DNA of 64,000 bases from the NCBI GenBank assembly GCA_014729085.1, contig WJKM01000011.1, positions 170,852 through 234,851 on the forward strand, given 5' to 3'. Source of the DNA: Candidatus Dojkabacteria bacterium. GTDB taxonomy: Bacteria; Patescibacteriota; Dojkabacteria; B142; WJKM01. Both the position numbers and the translations under genes were made by a program. Below the pieces are notes generated by a model. That model was not told the DNA's origin, did no database searches, and saw nothing but the letters and a program-made list of their open reading frames with translations. Within the stretch, counting starts at the first letter, position 1. Every line of letters begins with the position of its first letter. Positions 39,347 to 49,727 of this stretch are shown in pieces.

Positions 39347-41146
39347 TTAATTATATTTCAAATACTCTTCCTTAAATAACTCAAAGTCGGACACATCACA
39401 GCTGCCGTCTTGATTAAGATCGCCTAAGTGCAAACCGCCCTTGCAGTTGGATTTTATTGATTTGATGAATAACGATAAATCACTTATATCAACTCTTTGA
39501 TCTTCACAATTCATATCTGCTAAGACGCATCTTTTGATTTCCAGTGTCAGTGGAGAGCTTTCTTCTAAATCTTGATTTCTTGATTTGATCAAGAAAGTAT
39601 TCAAACCGAGATTGTCAAGAGAAAAAACGTGGCTCCAGCTGCTTGCACCATTTATATCGACAACTAACTCATCATCTACTATGATGCCTGTTTCTTCCTG
39701 TTTAGAACCAGATACTTTCTGAGTTTCCTCATAGGTAGTTGTTAGATACGAATAAACTGTTGGTTTCTGCAGATCTCCAGCTTGTGGTGTTGATGTCTGA
39801 GTTATAGTGGGCGTTACTGTTCCATCAATCCATACGGAATTTTGGCATATTTTATCATCAGATCTTGTGGTACCTGAAAAAAAGCATCTATCTACAGAAG
39901 AATCCCAGCATCCTTCAACCTGAGTACAACCAGCTTCATCTCGAGGTTGTTTAATCTCTTCCTCCCAGCATATTCTTCCTTCGGAAAAAACAGTACCTTG
40001 CTCGTAACACTTACTTTCCAACTTACATTGACCTCTAGGGCATCTCCCAAATTGACCTCCATAAATTCCCATATCATTCCGAGTTCCATCTAAATCGTTA
40101 TATTTAGAATCTGGATCTCCAGCATCAATTGCTGGTGAATTTAATTTAAGGTGAAAATCGGTTTCGTTAATAAATTGAGGATCAAGACTTTTATTTCCCC
40201 AGGCAGTTAAGTCATCCTTAGTAAGAAAATCATTCCAATCTCCAGATTCATTACCGTAAGAAAGGTTATACTTCAATTCAACAAAATTCTCTTCACCTTT
40301 GGCTATAATCCCAACCTCTTTATTATTTAAAGATATGTTATTCTTGACTACACATCGAGCATTCTTAGAGCAATCAAATCCCTGATGACCATTTCTATAA
40401 AATATATTGTTAATTATACTACCAGAAGAATCCGTCCCAATTGTTGCTCCTCTAGCTCTATTTTTAGTAATTTGATTATTATACATTTTCGTGGTTGATT
40501 CTTGAGTAATTACAATACCTCTATTATTTTCCGATAACTCCATATTATATAAATCAACTATAGATTCTCCTGAAACATATATCCCATCTCCCCATGAGCA
40601 AGGATTTTCCTGATTATATCTACATTCTTCAGGATTATCTGCATCCTTTTTAAATCCAATAATTTTTAAATTAGAAATTTCTATATTACTATTTTGTTTT
40701 ATTATAATTGCTGACATAGGATTGGAAGTATTTCCAGATAGTATTGTATCGTCTTCAGCTTTAATGTTTAATTGCTTCTGTTTAATATGAAGAAATGTTT
40801 TTTCATATCTTGTATTGGGATCATCATCATTAATATACGAGGAAACTTCGAAATTTGACCTTCGGTACTCACCCTGTTTAATAAGTACTATACTACCATT
40901 TTCTGCACTATCGATAGCTAATTGTATTGCTTTTCCATTATCGTTTGGATAGTCTGCTCCATCAAAATCACAATCATTATTTGGATCGGACGCAGGACAT
41001 ACAACGACTGTATTTGTTGCCGAGGCTTCAGACTTTTCTGGACTTTGATCTTGCTGTTCGCGAAGAAGTGAGGAGATACCTAAACTTAAAGCTAAAAGAA
41101 AAAAAACTAAAAAGATCAAAAATATAACTTTTAATTTTTTTTTCAT
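39347..41146 (-). CDS. secreted right-handed beta-helix (pectate-lyase-fold) protein with a C-terminal dockerin-like Ca-binding module
   Basis: Signal peptide; repeated NxxGxxI-type beta-helix turns (IIGFKKDADN, ELSENNRGIVI, ITKNRARGATI, NISLNNKEVGII); C-terminal GDLNQDGSCDVSDFELF resembles a dockerin/EF-hand loop. Confidence 0.6.
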   Translation of the reverse strand: MKKKLKVIFLIFLVFFLLALSLGISSLLREQQDQSPEKSEASATNTVVVCPASDPNNDCDFDGADYPNDNGKAIQLAIDSAENGSIVLIKQGEYRRSNFEVSSYINDDDPNTRYEKTFLHIKQKQLNIKAEDDTILSGNTSNPMSAIIIKQNSNIEISNLKIIGFKKDADNPEECRYNQENPCSWGDGIYVSGESIVDLYNMELSENNRGIVITQESTTKMYNNQITKNRARGATIGTDSSGSIINNIFYRNGHQGFDCSKNARCVVKNNISLNNKEVGIIAKGEENFVELKYNLSYGNESGDWNDFLTKDDLTAWGNKSLDPQFINETDFHLKLNSPAIDAGDPDSKYNDLDGTRNDMGIYGGQFGRCPRGQCKLESKCYEQGTVFSEGRICWEEEIKQPRDEAGCTQVEGCWDSSVDRCFFSGTTRSDDKICQNSVWIDGTVTPTITQTSTPQAGDLQKPTVYSYLTTTYEETQKVSGSKQEETGIIVDDELVVDINGASSWSHVFSLDNLGLNTFLIKSRNQDLEESSPLTLEIKRCVLADMNCEDQRVDISDLSLFIKSIKSNCKGGLHLGDLNQDGSCDVSDFELFKEEYLKYN

Positions 41147-41190
41147 ATATTTTCAATAATGCTAATTAAATTGAATTCTCCCTGTTGGAT

Positions 41191-42318
41191 TTATTCCAGC
41201 CTCATAGGCATTATGATATGAAGATAGTCCTTATCCTTCTTATCTTTAAACACCCCAGGAGAAGTGGCTCCTGTTGTTTCATAGATTATTTCTTCCCCTT
41301 CCATAGCAGTTATCATATCTTGCAAAAAACGTGCATTATATGCCGTTTCAAGGTCATCTCCTTCTACCTTTGCTATATCCACAAATGTCTCGTTCTTTCC
41401 AATGTCTACAACTAAAACTTTCATCAGAAGTTTTGCCTTTTCTGCATTTACTGCAAATTTTGTTTTGTTTCCCACAACATTACGTGCAAATATGCTTACT
41501 ACTTTAAGTGCTTCGGATAATTCTGCTTTTAATACCGAGAAACTGAAATCTTTCTTTTCGGGTAATATATCCTCAAAAGATGGAAACTCCCCTTCTATTA
41601 GCCTACTAACAAGCTCGATATCATCTATTTTAAAAACTACTTGATTATTATCCTTTAATTTATAAATTTCTACTTCGTCTTTTTCTCCAGCGACATCCTT
41701 GATTATTTTATTAATCTCCATTAAAGACTTTGCAGGAATAATCTCAAGAAAATCTTTTTCCGGGCCGTCTTTTATTTTCATAATTTTTCTCGAAAGTCTA
41801 TAACCATCAACTCCAACCATGGTTAATTTTCTCTTGGTAATTTTTGTTAGTAGACCGGTAAGGACAGGCCTTGAGTTATCTGTTGATGCAGAGAATGTTG
41901 TTTTATCAAGAGCTTTGGAAAATTCAAGTGCATTTATTTTCACTAAGGGCTTTCCTTTTGCTTCGGGAACAGAAGGGAAGTCATCTGCAGGAATTATAAA
42001 GAATTCTGCGCTATTATCCGTAGATTCAACGACTAATTTTTGTCCCTCTAAATAAATATTTAACTTACCTGGTTTAATTGTTCCAATGAATTCTGAAAGA
42101 AGTTTTGCCGAAACTGTAACTTTTCCTTTTTTCTGAATATTTGCCCCAATAGTAGCATTTATACCAATCTCTAAATTTGTACTTGAAAGTTTTATACTGT
42201 CTTTGTCTGCTTCAATATATACATTTGCAAGAACCGGGATATTTGGGGTTGTACTTATTGCTTTATTTATGTGAATTAATGCCTTAGCGAATTTTTTTTG
42301 GATAACTTCAATTTTCAT
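41191..42318 (-). CDS. dnaN: DNA polymerase III beta sliding clamp
   Basis: 375 aa with the three-domain clamp layout, beginning MKIEVIQKKFAKALIHINKAIS; immediately downstream of dnaA. Confidence 0.9.
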   Translation of the reverse strand: MKIEVIQKKFAKALIHINKAISTTPNIPVLANVYIEADKDSIKLSSTNLEIGINATIGANIQKKGKVTVSAKLLSEFIGTIKPGKLNIYLEGQKLVVESTDNSAEFFIIPADDFPSVPEAKGKPLVKINALEFSKALDKTTFSASTDNSRPVLTGLLTKITKRKLTMVGVDGYRLSRKIMKIKDGPEKDFLEIIPAKSLMEINKIIKDVAGEKDEVEIYKLKDNNQVVFKIDDIELVSRLIEGEFPSFEDILPEKKDFSFSVLKAELSEALKVVSIFARNVVGNKTKFAVNAEKAKLLMKVLVVDIGKNETFVDIAKVEGDDLETAYNARFLQDMITAMEGEEIIYETTGATSPGVFKDKKDKDYLHIIMPMRLE

Positions 42319-42482
42319 ATTTTTCTATTATTAAATTAATTTTTAAGATAGTAGTTTAAGTAGTAAGTGTAGATATGTGGAAAACTACATTTTTCTCATT
42401 AATTATAGCGTGTTTGGGAAATAAAAAGTATGTGAATAACTCGGGATAATCTTACGAGTTTATTTCCCTATTTGAATTCTAT

Positions 42483-43859
42483 TTAAAAAATACTTTCTCT
42501 TAATACTTCAATTTGTTCCGCAAAGCCTTTGTCTACTTCTATTTTACTTTGAACTTTATCTACAGCATGCATTACAGTTGTATGGTCTTTGCGATTTAAA
42601 TTCTTTGCAACATCCTCTAATTTATAGCCTAAGTCTTTTCTTAAAATGTACATAACGACTTGTCTTGCGAAAGCAATATCAGCTTTCCTTGATCTACTGA
42701 GTATGTCTTTTGCAGTAACTTGAAATTCTTTTGATACATGTCTAATAATTTCACGAGGTTTTATTTTTTCTCTTTTACTTTTTTTATCTGTTCCAAGTAA
42801 ATTTGCTACTTCTCCCAAAGTCATTTTGTGAGAATTAATTTGATTGAAAAGGGCAATTTGTTGTAAATTTCCTTCTAGTTGCCTGACATTATTTGTCGAA
42901 TTTTTTGCAATATAACTAAGTATGTTTTTATCCAAATCTATTCCCAGCATTTTTGTCTTATATTCAACAATAGCAAGCCTTGTTTCAAAGTCGGGTTTTT
43001 CGATTTGTGCAACCATTCCTCCCTGGAAGCGTGATTTTAGTCTAGCTTCAAGGTTGTGGATTTTTTCTGGGGATCGATCTGAAACCAAGATTATCTGTTT
43101 GTTTTTGTTATAAAGAGCATTGAAAGTATTGAAAAGTTCATCCTGAGTTTGCTCCCATTTAGAAATTAATTGGATATCATCAATTATGAGAAGATCCAAA
43201 TATCTGTATTTATTTCTAAAATTTCTAGTCTTTCCTGTTTGAATTGCTTTCACCATCTCGTTCAAAAAATTCTCACTGGGTATATACAATATCTCCTTAC
43301 TTTGGTTTTTCTCTAATATTTTTTGTCCTATTGCTTGAGCTATATGAGTTTTTCCAAGACCTGTTTTGCCATATATGAATAAGGGGTTGTATATTTTTCC
43401 CGGATTTTCACATACAGCCAAAGCTGCGGCATGAACTAATCTGTTTGAGGGACCTGTTATGAAACTTTTAAAATTAAAAGCGCTTACTAAATTTGCATCT
43501 TTTAGAATTCGACTGAAGTCAGTATTTTCTCCTTTTTCTACACTGAACAGGGTTGATTGTCTTTCTTCTTTACTTATTTTAGGAATATCTTCGTTTGCAA
43601 GCTTCTTGGAGACAACATATGTGGGTTCAAGTTCTGTTCCTGCAACATGAGATATTGTTTCTTTAATTAAATTGTTATGTTTTTTTTGGAGCCAATCGGA
43701 AGCATAACTATTCTTAACTCCAATAACCGCTTTTTTTCCTTTTATTTCAATAAGTTCAGTTGGTTGAAACCAAGTTTTGTAGTGTGCAGGAGAATCAAGC
43801 TTTATTTCTATCTGGGCAAGTGTTGTTTTCCATACTTCTTGGGTCAAGATTTTCTTCAT
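42483..43859 (-). CDS. dnaA: chromosomal replication initiator DnaA
   Basis: AAA+ Walker A GKTGLGKTHIAQAIG, Walker B LLIIDDIQ, and a C-terminal DnaA-box binding HTH (IAFARQVVMYILRKDLGYKLEDVAKNLNRKDHTTVMHAVDKV). Confidence 0.92.
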   Translation of the reverse strand: MKKILTQEVWKTTLAQIEIKLDSPAHYKTWFQPTELIEIKGKKAVIGVKNSYASDWLQKKHNNLIKETISHVAGTELEPTYVVSKKLANEDIPKISKEERQSTLFSVEKGENTDFSRILKDANLVSAFNFKSFITGPSNRLVHAAALAVCENPGKIYNPLFIYGKTGLGKTHIAQAIGQKILEKNQSKEILYIPSENFLNEMVKAIQTGKTRNFRNKYRYLDLLIIDDIQLISKWEQTQDELFNTFNALYNKNKQIILVSDRSPEKIHNLEARLKSRFQGGMVAQIEKPDFETRLAIVEYKTKMLGIDLDKNILSYIAKNSTNNVRQLEGNLQQIALFNQINSHKMTLGEVANLLGTDKKSKREKIKPREIIRHVSKEFQVTAKDILSRSRKADIAFARQVVMYILRKDLGYKLEDVAKNLNRKDHTTVMHAVDKVQSKIEVDKGFAEQIEVLRESIF

Positions 43860-44235
43860 TTTTGGATAGAAAAATTAAGATAAAACGAAAACAAAGTAGA
43901 TAAGTTTAAAATTACGCGCAAGTATTTTAAAAAGGTGGCATTAAATTTTGTAATCTTAAATAAAAATTGTTCCAATATTTAGAAATGTTTATTGCCCGTT
44001 ATTACGAAAGTAAATAGTGAATTTACATCTCATGCTATTTCTAAAAATAGGGCAGAATTTTTTAACTTGAAGACTATAATAAACAATACTACAAAATGTG
44101 GATAACTTTCAAATGGATAAAATTTTGCAACGTTTTGAATTGTTATAATATAGCGAGAAGGATGTTTCATTTTAAAATTTACAAGATTTGTTTCTCGAAA
44201 ATATTCCGAAAAAAATTTTTATGAAAAAAAATTAA
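43860..44235. other. putative oriC region (dnaA upstream spacer)
   Basis: AT-rich 376-nt spacer; perfect DnaA box TGTGGATAA at 44097-44105 plus degenerate copies. Strand switch of gene orientation here. Further 1-mismatch boxes (TGTGGAAAA, TGTGAATAA) lie in the dnaA-dnaN spacer 42319-42482. Confidence 0.55.
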
Positions 44236-44544
44236 ATGTTTAATAAAATAAAAAATATTCCAAAAGAGATGGCAAAATTGTTGATTAAGATATACCAGTA
44301 TTTCTTATCATTCGATCACAGTTTTTGGGCAAAGCCAGAAGTTTTGAGAGTATGTGTGCATTATCCAAGTTGCTCGCAGTATGCTTATGAGGCAATCGAT
44401 AAATTCGGCATATTTAAAGGAGGTATTATGGCAATTTTTCGAATATTGAGATGCACTCCTCTATGTAAAAATAGAATAGACAAAGTCCCCGACAGATTTT
44501 CTATAAGAGCTAATACTAAAAGCGAAGAAAATATAGAAAAATAG
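44236..44544 (+). CDS. yidD: membrane protein insertion efficiency factor YidD
   Basis: VCVHYPSCSQYAYEAIDKFGIFKGGIMAIFRILRCTPL matches the YidD (PF01809) Cys-containing core; 102 aa. Confidence 0.75.
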   Translation: MFNKIKNIPKEMAKLLIKIYQYFLSFDHSFWAKPEVLRVCVHYPSCSQYAYEAIDKFGIFKGGIMAIFRILRCTPLCKNRIDKVPDRFSIRANTKSEENIEK

Positions 44545-44547
44545 GTT

Positions 44548-45225
44548 TTATTCTATATATTTCCTGATTAAAGAAGTAAGATGACCTTCTATCTTTTTTT
44601 TCGAGAAGCCGTTGTATTTGGTAATAGTTAATTTATTTTTACTGTTTTCAACAATTAAATCACCTTTCTTGGGTTTTGTATTTTTGGAGATAATCAATAT
44701 ATCTCCTTTATTAATATCTAAATCATTTAAACTCTTGTCTTTAACGATACAGGCGTAGATCTGTTCGGTGGATTTTAATAGGTCGTTATCTAATATCAGA
44801 GTTTTCTCCTCCTGAAACTTAAGTGATAGTTTACAATTTTGGATAGATCCTTTTATTTTTATTTTAGTGAAATTCTCTTGTTCCTCATGATGCTGTATTT
44901 GAATACCTCTTGCTTGGTTCATCTCTTTTTTTATATAACCTTTGCTTTTTAAATTTTCAAGATGTTCGTGAACTGTTGAGACGGCTTTAAGCTTAAAGTG
45001 GTTTCTTATTTCGAGGAGTGAAGGGGCATAACCGTTTTTAGAGATAGACAATTTAATAAAATCGAAGATTTCTTTTTGTCTTTTTGTTAACGGTTGTACC
45101 ATTTTTATTTCCAATGAATTTAAATCACTTTGTCTATCATAACTGTACATTTCTATTTTATATCCTTTTTTTGATAAACCAAAAGTAAAATTGATTAACA
45201 GAAAGATAAAACTATTCGGTACCAA
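44548..45225 (-). CDS. compact LexA-like repressor (the true start is probably the internal Met near 45102)
   Basis: MVQPLTKRQKEIFDFIKLSISKNGYAPSLLEIRNHF...HLENLKSKGYIKK matches the LexA N-terminal winged helix. C-terminal ...VKDKSLNDLDINKGDILIISK...LTITKYNG parallels the LexA Ser/Lys autocleavage region (GDSM ... KR). Confidence 0.5.
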   Translation of the reverse strand: MVPNSFIFLLINFTFGLSKKGYKIEMYSYDRQSDLNSLEIKMVQPLTKRQKEIFDFIKLSISKNGYAPSLLEIRNHFKLKAVSTVHEHLENLKSKGYIKKEMNQARGIQIQHHEEQENFTKIKIKGSIQNCKLSLKFQEEKTLILDNDLLKSTEQIYACIVKDKSLNDLDINKGDILIISKNTKPKKGDLIVENSKNKLTITKYNGFSKKKIEGHLTSLIRKYIE

Positions 45226-45314
45226 TAAATTACTCTAGTATATAATATAGATGATAGGCATTTGGATTATAATCATTATTGGTGAATTTCTTCAAATAAA
45301 TTTATTATTTTTAT

Positions 45315-46016
45315 ATGAAAAAAAATTATTACACATTTCAAAAAGTAGGAGAGAAGCTGCAAGAGCGAAGGTTGAAAAGAGGCATATCTTTAAAACAGAT
45401 TGCAAAAGAATTGAAAATCAGGGAGAAGTTTTTAAAAGCTCTTGAGTCTGGTGAATATGAAATATTTCCTTCCGAAGTTTATATAAAAGGTTTCCTTAAA
45501 AATTATTCTGAATTTTTAGGGATGGACTCAGAAAGATTATTGAAGCTTTATAGAAGAGACAGAGAAAAGGTGAAGAACTCTTCTTCATTAGGGAATTTAC
45601 GTGAAAAAGGCAAAAAGGAAATGAGTTTTAATTTAAAGCTGAGTTATAAGAAGGGGATGATAGGAATGGTGGTAGCTCTCATAATAATAACCATAGGTTA
45701 TTTTGGAGTACGTTTATATTTATATTCCAAAAAACCTGTCTTAATTTTACAAGAACCTTTATATGCAAATAGCGCAGAAAATATTGAATATAAATTTGAC
45801 ACAACAAAACAGGAAGTAATTTTTAAAGGAAATATTGGCATAGGAAACAGTTTACATGTGAATAATGAGAGAATTGAAACATTTGGACGGGATGAATTTG
45901 AAACTCCTCCTCAGGAAGTATTTCAAGGCGAAAATATTTTTCAAATTAGTACTAAAAATCAGTACGGCGTTACTTCGGAGTTGATAATAAATGTTATAAG
46001 ATCCGAGAATATATAA
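45315..46016 (+). CDS. RodZ-like HTH membrane protein
   Basis: XRE-type HTH (RGISLKQIAKELKIREKFLKALESGEYEIFPSEVYIKGFLKNYSEFLGMD), a single TM helix (MIGMVVALIIITIGYFGV), and an extracytoplasmic C-terminal domain. Confidence 0.6.
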   Translation: MKKNYYTFQKVGEKLQERRLKRGISLKQIAKELKIREKFLKALESGEYEIFPSEVYIKGFLKNYSEFLGMDSERLLKLYRRDREKVKNSSSLGNLREKGKKEMSFNLKLSYKKGMIGMVVALIIITIGYFGVRLYLYSKKPVLILQEPLYANSAENIEYKFDTTKQEVIFKGNIGIGNSLHVNNERIETFGRDEFETPPQEVFQGENIFQISTKNQYGVTSELIINVIRSENI

Positions 46017-46054
46017 GCTTCAAACATAGTTTCCCCTTTTTATGTATCAAAAGA

Positions 46055-47158
46055 TTATATCTTTTTAAATTCCTCGAGCTTCTTTTTTTGTTTTTTGTTT
46101 AAATTTTTTGGAATATTTACTACAATTTTGACATATTGGTCTCCTTTTCCACCATTTTTAAATCTAATTCCGCCTCTTTCAGATAGTTTAAATACTTTAT
46201 TTGGTTGGGTACCAGCGGGGATTTTCATCTCAATATCTCCGTGTACAGTAGGTACCTCTATGCTTCCTCCGAGGATTGCAGTCATGACGTCAATCTCTTG
46301 TTCTATATATATATCATCACCTCTCCGTTCGAAAATTTCATGAGGGGAGACCTCAATGTTGATATATAAATCACCAGAATTTCCTCCATTTTTCCCGGCA
46401 TTTCCTTTTTCTCTAAATTTTAGAACGACACCATCTGGAATTCCAGGAGGAATCTTAATTTTGAAGTCTTCCTTTACTTGTTCAATTCCCTGTCCGTTGC
46501 ATTTTTCGCATGGTTCATCGATGATTTCCCTAGCTCCGTTACATTCTGGACATATGGACTGTGTTCGGATCTGACCAATGAAAGTATTCTTTACGTTCGT
46601 TACAACTCCCTTTCCTTGGCAAGTATCACATGTTTTTTTACTTGTTCCTTCTTTAGCTCCCGTTCCCTTACATTTATCACATTGTATCTTTCTTTGATAT
46701 ACAATATTTTTTTCTGAACCAAAGACAGCTTCAAGAAAATCAATATTTAGTGTTACTTCAACATCGCTACCTCTAATTCCTGCTTTTCTTCTTTGTTTTT
46801 GGAAAGGGGAGCCACTAAATCCACTGAAACCTCCAAAGTTATTAAATCCTCCAAAAAATTGATTTAATATATCATTTAAATCTTCATAATTACCCCCGTA
46901 ATTATATCCACCTGATTGTCCAAAACCGCTAAAGCCTTGCGTTCCGGCATGTCCATATTGATCATATGCTTTTCTTTTTTGGTCATCATTAAGCACTTCA
47001 TATGCTTCCTGTACCTCTTTAAATTTGTCTTCAGCTTCAGGGGATTGGTTTTTATCAGGATGATATTTTTTGACTAATCGTCTATAAGCTTTTTTAATAT
47101 CTTTTTTTGTTGCATTTTTATCAACACCTAAAGTTTCATAGTAGTCATTTTTTTCCAT
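46055..47158 (-). CDS. dnaJ: molecular chaperone DnaJ
   Basis: J domain with HPD (KKYHPDKN), a G/F-rich linker, four CxxCxGxG zinc-finger repeats and a C-terminal substrate-binding domain. Confidence 0.9.
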   Translation of the reverse strand: MEKNDYYETLGVDKNATKKDIKKAYRRLVKKYHPDKNQSPEAEDKFKEVQEAYEVLNDDQKRKAYDQYGHAGTQGFSGFGQSGGYNYGGNYEDLNDILNQFFGGFNNFGGFSGFSGSPFQKQRRKAGIRGSDVEVTLNIDFLEAVFGSEKNIVYQRKIQCDKCKGTGAKEGTSKKTCDTCQGKGVVTNVKNTFIGQIRTQSICPECNGAREIIDEPCEKCNGQGIEQVKEDFKIKIPPGIPDGVVLKFREKGNAGKNGGNSGDLYINIEVSPHEIFERRGDDIYIEQEIDVMTAILGGSIEVPTVHGDIEMKIPAGTQPNKVFKLSERGGIRFKNGGKGDQYVKIVVNIPKNLNKKQKKKLEEFKKI

Positions 47159-47582
47159 AATTTTCGATAATTATATTTTTTTATAATTTATTTAAAATTG
47201 TAATTTTTCAATCTATTCACAATAAGCCAAAATAAAGAAATCTAAATATGATTTTAGCAAACAAACTAAACAAGTGCTAGTTATTATATCAATTTTTAAC
47301 CATAAAATTGTAATATAAATTAATATAAACTGATAATTTTTAATTGAAATTAAACCAGAATTTACAAGTTCTGATATGATTTATGTTAAAATCATAAGTA
47401 GAATTCTTAAAAGATGAAATAGGACATTAAAGATTGGTCTATTTCATTTTATTAACTATAGATTTATATTACGAAAGAAAAAATCGATAATGATTTGAAG
47501 CGTATTTCATAATAGTTAGTTATAAATCAGAAGAAAGAGAATTTGGCTTTTAGCCTATTTTTTTATTTGAATTAAACTATAA

Positions 47583-49187
47583 ATGGCTGATAAAAAAGAG
47601 AAGAAAAATAAATATAAACTTAAACGCACACCTGTTGTTGCAGTGCTGGGACATGTTGATCATGGAAAAACGTCTCTTCTTGATTCAATTAGAGGGACCC
47701 AGGTTCAAAAATGTGAGGTAGGTGGAATTACACAAAATACTCGAGCGCATGAAATTAAATTTCAAGGACAACAAATCACTTTTATTGATACCCCAGGACA
47801 TGAGGCCTTTTCTGAAATGAGAGCAAGAGGTGCTAATATTACGGACATTGTTTTATTGGTAGTAGCAGCAGATGATGGAGTCAAGCCTCAGACAAAAGAA
47901 TCAATAAAATATGCAAAAGAAGCAGGCGTACCCATTATTGTCGCTATTAACAAAATTGATCTACCTAATACTGACGTGAGCAAAATAAAAAATGAACTTT
48001 CCCAAAACAATGTGTTAGTAGAGGAGTATGGTGGAGAAACACAGGTATTTGAGGTATCGGCTGAAAACAATAAAGGTTTGGAAGAGATGCTTGAAGGGAT
48101 TTTGGTACAAGCCGAAATTCTAGAACTACAAAAGGGGAAAAACAAATACGACGTTTCAGAAGCTGTAGTGCTGGAATCTAAGTTAGATAAAAATCTTGGT
48201 GCAGTTTCATTTGTTCTCGTAAAAGTTGGAGATATAAAAATTGGGGATTTTATAATTTATAATGGAAAATTATCTCCAGTAAGAGCATTACTTGATGAAT
48301 GCCAGAGTGATATAGAGAAAGCAAAAGAATCTTCCCCTGTATGGGTTCTTGGTTGTCGCGATGTAATCCAGACAGGTGAAAGAATTTATTTCGCTCCTGG
48401 TGAGGAAAAAGCAAAGGAAATTGCGAAGCAACAAAAAGAAGAAGAAAAAGATCAATTAGAAGTTGAGAAGCAAACACAAGAAGAAGATATGGAAGAAGTA
48501 GATACAGGATCTTTAGATGACGAAGAGTCTTATGATTTGAATGTCTTGGCAGGAATGCTTGCTGAGGAACAACAAAACGAAGATATTAAGAAACTAAATG
48601 TAGTTGTAAAGACAGACACTCAAGGAACACTTCAGGTAGTACTGTCTGAATTAAAGAAGCTTAATACTCCGGAAGTAGAGGTGAATGTTTTGTCCGAAGG
48701 TACAGGAGAAATTACACGTAAAGATATTCTAACAGCAAAGAACGCCCGTGGCATTGTGATTGGTTTTCAGGTATCAATTCCTTCAGAGTTGTCAAAAATA
48801 ATAAAACAGGAAAAGGTTATAGTAAGATTATATGATGTTATATACGAACTGATTGATGAGGTGTCCGATGCCATGGAGGGTATGCTTCAACCACCAGAGG
48901 TAGAGGAAGAAATTGCAAGAGCATTAGTCAAAAAAACTTTTGTATTAACAGATGGGTCTATTGTAGCCGGTTGTGTTGTAACGAATGGTAATGTAATTAA
49001 GGGTTACAACGTATGGGTAGAAAGAAATGGTGAAGAAATAGGAAGAGGAAAAATTATTTCTTTAAAGCATATTAAGAATGAGGTAAAAGAATCTGCAAAA
49101 GGATCTGAATGCGGAATTTTAATTGAACCCCAAATTGAACTGGAGGAAGGAGATGAGATTGTTTTATTTAAAGTAGTAAGGACTTAA
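47583..49187 (+). CDS. infB: translation initiation factor IF-2 (compact form)
   Basis: G1 [13 protein letters not shown]3 DTPGHEAF, G4 NKIDL; domains G2/C1/C2 present; only 534 aa (no long N-terminal extension). Confidence 0.9.
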   Translation: MADKKEKKNKYKLKRTPVVAVLGHVDHGKTSLLDSIRGTQVQKCEVGGITQNTRAHEIKFQGQQITFIDTPGHEAFSEMRARGANITDIVLLVVAADDGVKPQTKESIKYAKEAGVPIIVAINKIDLPNTDVSKIKNELSQNNVLVEEYGGETQVFEVSAENNKGLEEMLEGILVQAEILELQKGKNKYDVSEAVVLESKLDKNLGAVSFVLVKVGDIKIGDFIIYNGKLSPVRALLDECQSDIEKAKESSPVWVLGCRDVIQTGERIYFAPGEEKAKEIAKQQKEEEKDQLEVEKQTQEEDMEEVDTGSLDDEESYDLNVLAGMLAEEQQNEDIKKLNVVVKTDTQGTLQVVLSELKKLNTPEVEVNVLSEGTGEITRKDILTAKNARGIVIGFQVSIPSELSKIIKQEKVIVRLYDVIYELIDEVSDAMEGMLQPPEVEEEIARALVKKTFVLTDGSIVAGCVVTNGNVIKGYNVWVERNGEEIGRGKIISLKHIKNEVKESAKGSECGILIEPQIELEEGDEIVLFKVVRT

Positions 49188-49218
49188 TAGTATTTCAATA
49201 AATATTTCAAATTTTTTC

Positions 49219-49656
49219 TTATTTATGATATTTGCCTCCAGCTGCTAGGTTCAAACATCTGAAAAGTTGTTCCAATAAAACTATATGAGCGAGTTCATGT
49301 GAAAAAGTTAGAGGAGATAAAGAAAGTTGTAAGTCCGCTTTATTTTCCACCTCTTTAGTAAATCCAAAAGCATTTCCGATAAAAAAATTCAGATTTGTTT
49401 CAATGAGTTTCAGATCTTTTAGATATTTAGAGAAGGTTTTAGTTTTATAAAGCTTACCGTGCTCAGTTAATACTATATTCATTCCTTTTCCAAAATATTT
49501 TTTAATGTCATTGTAGTTGATTTTTTTATCCTTCCGTGTTTTCCTTATTTTGACTTCTATTTTTGTGTATCGGGATATAAGCTTCAAATAATAGTTTTGT
49601 AGGTTCATTAAATTTTTATCACTTACTTTGCTGAAGAGTTGTATATTAATTTTCAT
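49219..49656 (-). CDS. rlmH: 23S rRNA (pseudouridine-N3)-methyltransferase RlmH-like SPOUT protein
   Basis: C-terminal LSLSPLTFSHELAHIVLLEQLFRCLNLAAGGKYHK aligns with the RlmH C-terminal motif; 145 aa. Confidence 0.65.
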   Translation of the reverse strand: MKINIQLFSKVSDKNLMNLQNYYLKLISRYTKIEVKIRKTRKDKKINYNDIKKYFGKGMNIVLTEHGKLYKTKTFSKYLKDLKLIETNLNFFIGNAFGFTKEVENKADLQLSLSPLTFSHELAHIVLLEQLFRCLNLAAGGKYHK

Positions 49657-49727
49657 AAATTGATAAATAATGTTATATGGTTTAAATTATATAAGAAAAG
49701 GAAGTACTTTATTAAGCTAATAATTAG

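Noticed and set aside
47416-47568. Two small hairpins (gaaatag…ctatttc, and ggcttttagcc plus a T-run) in the dnaJ-infB divergent spacer as attenuators
   Set aside because: The stems are only 3-7 bp and AT-rich. They are indistinguishable from chance structure in this composition.
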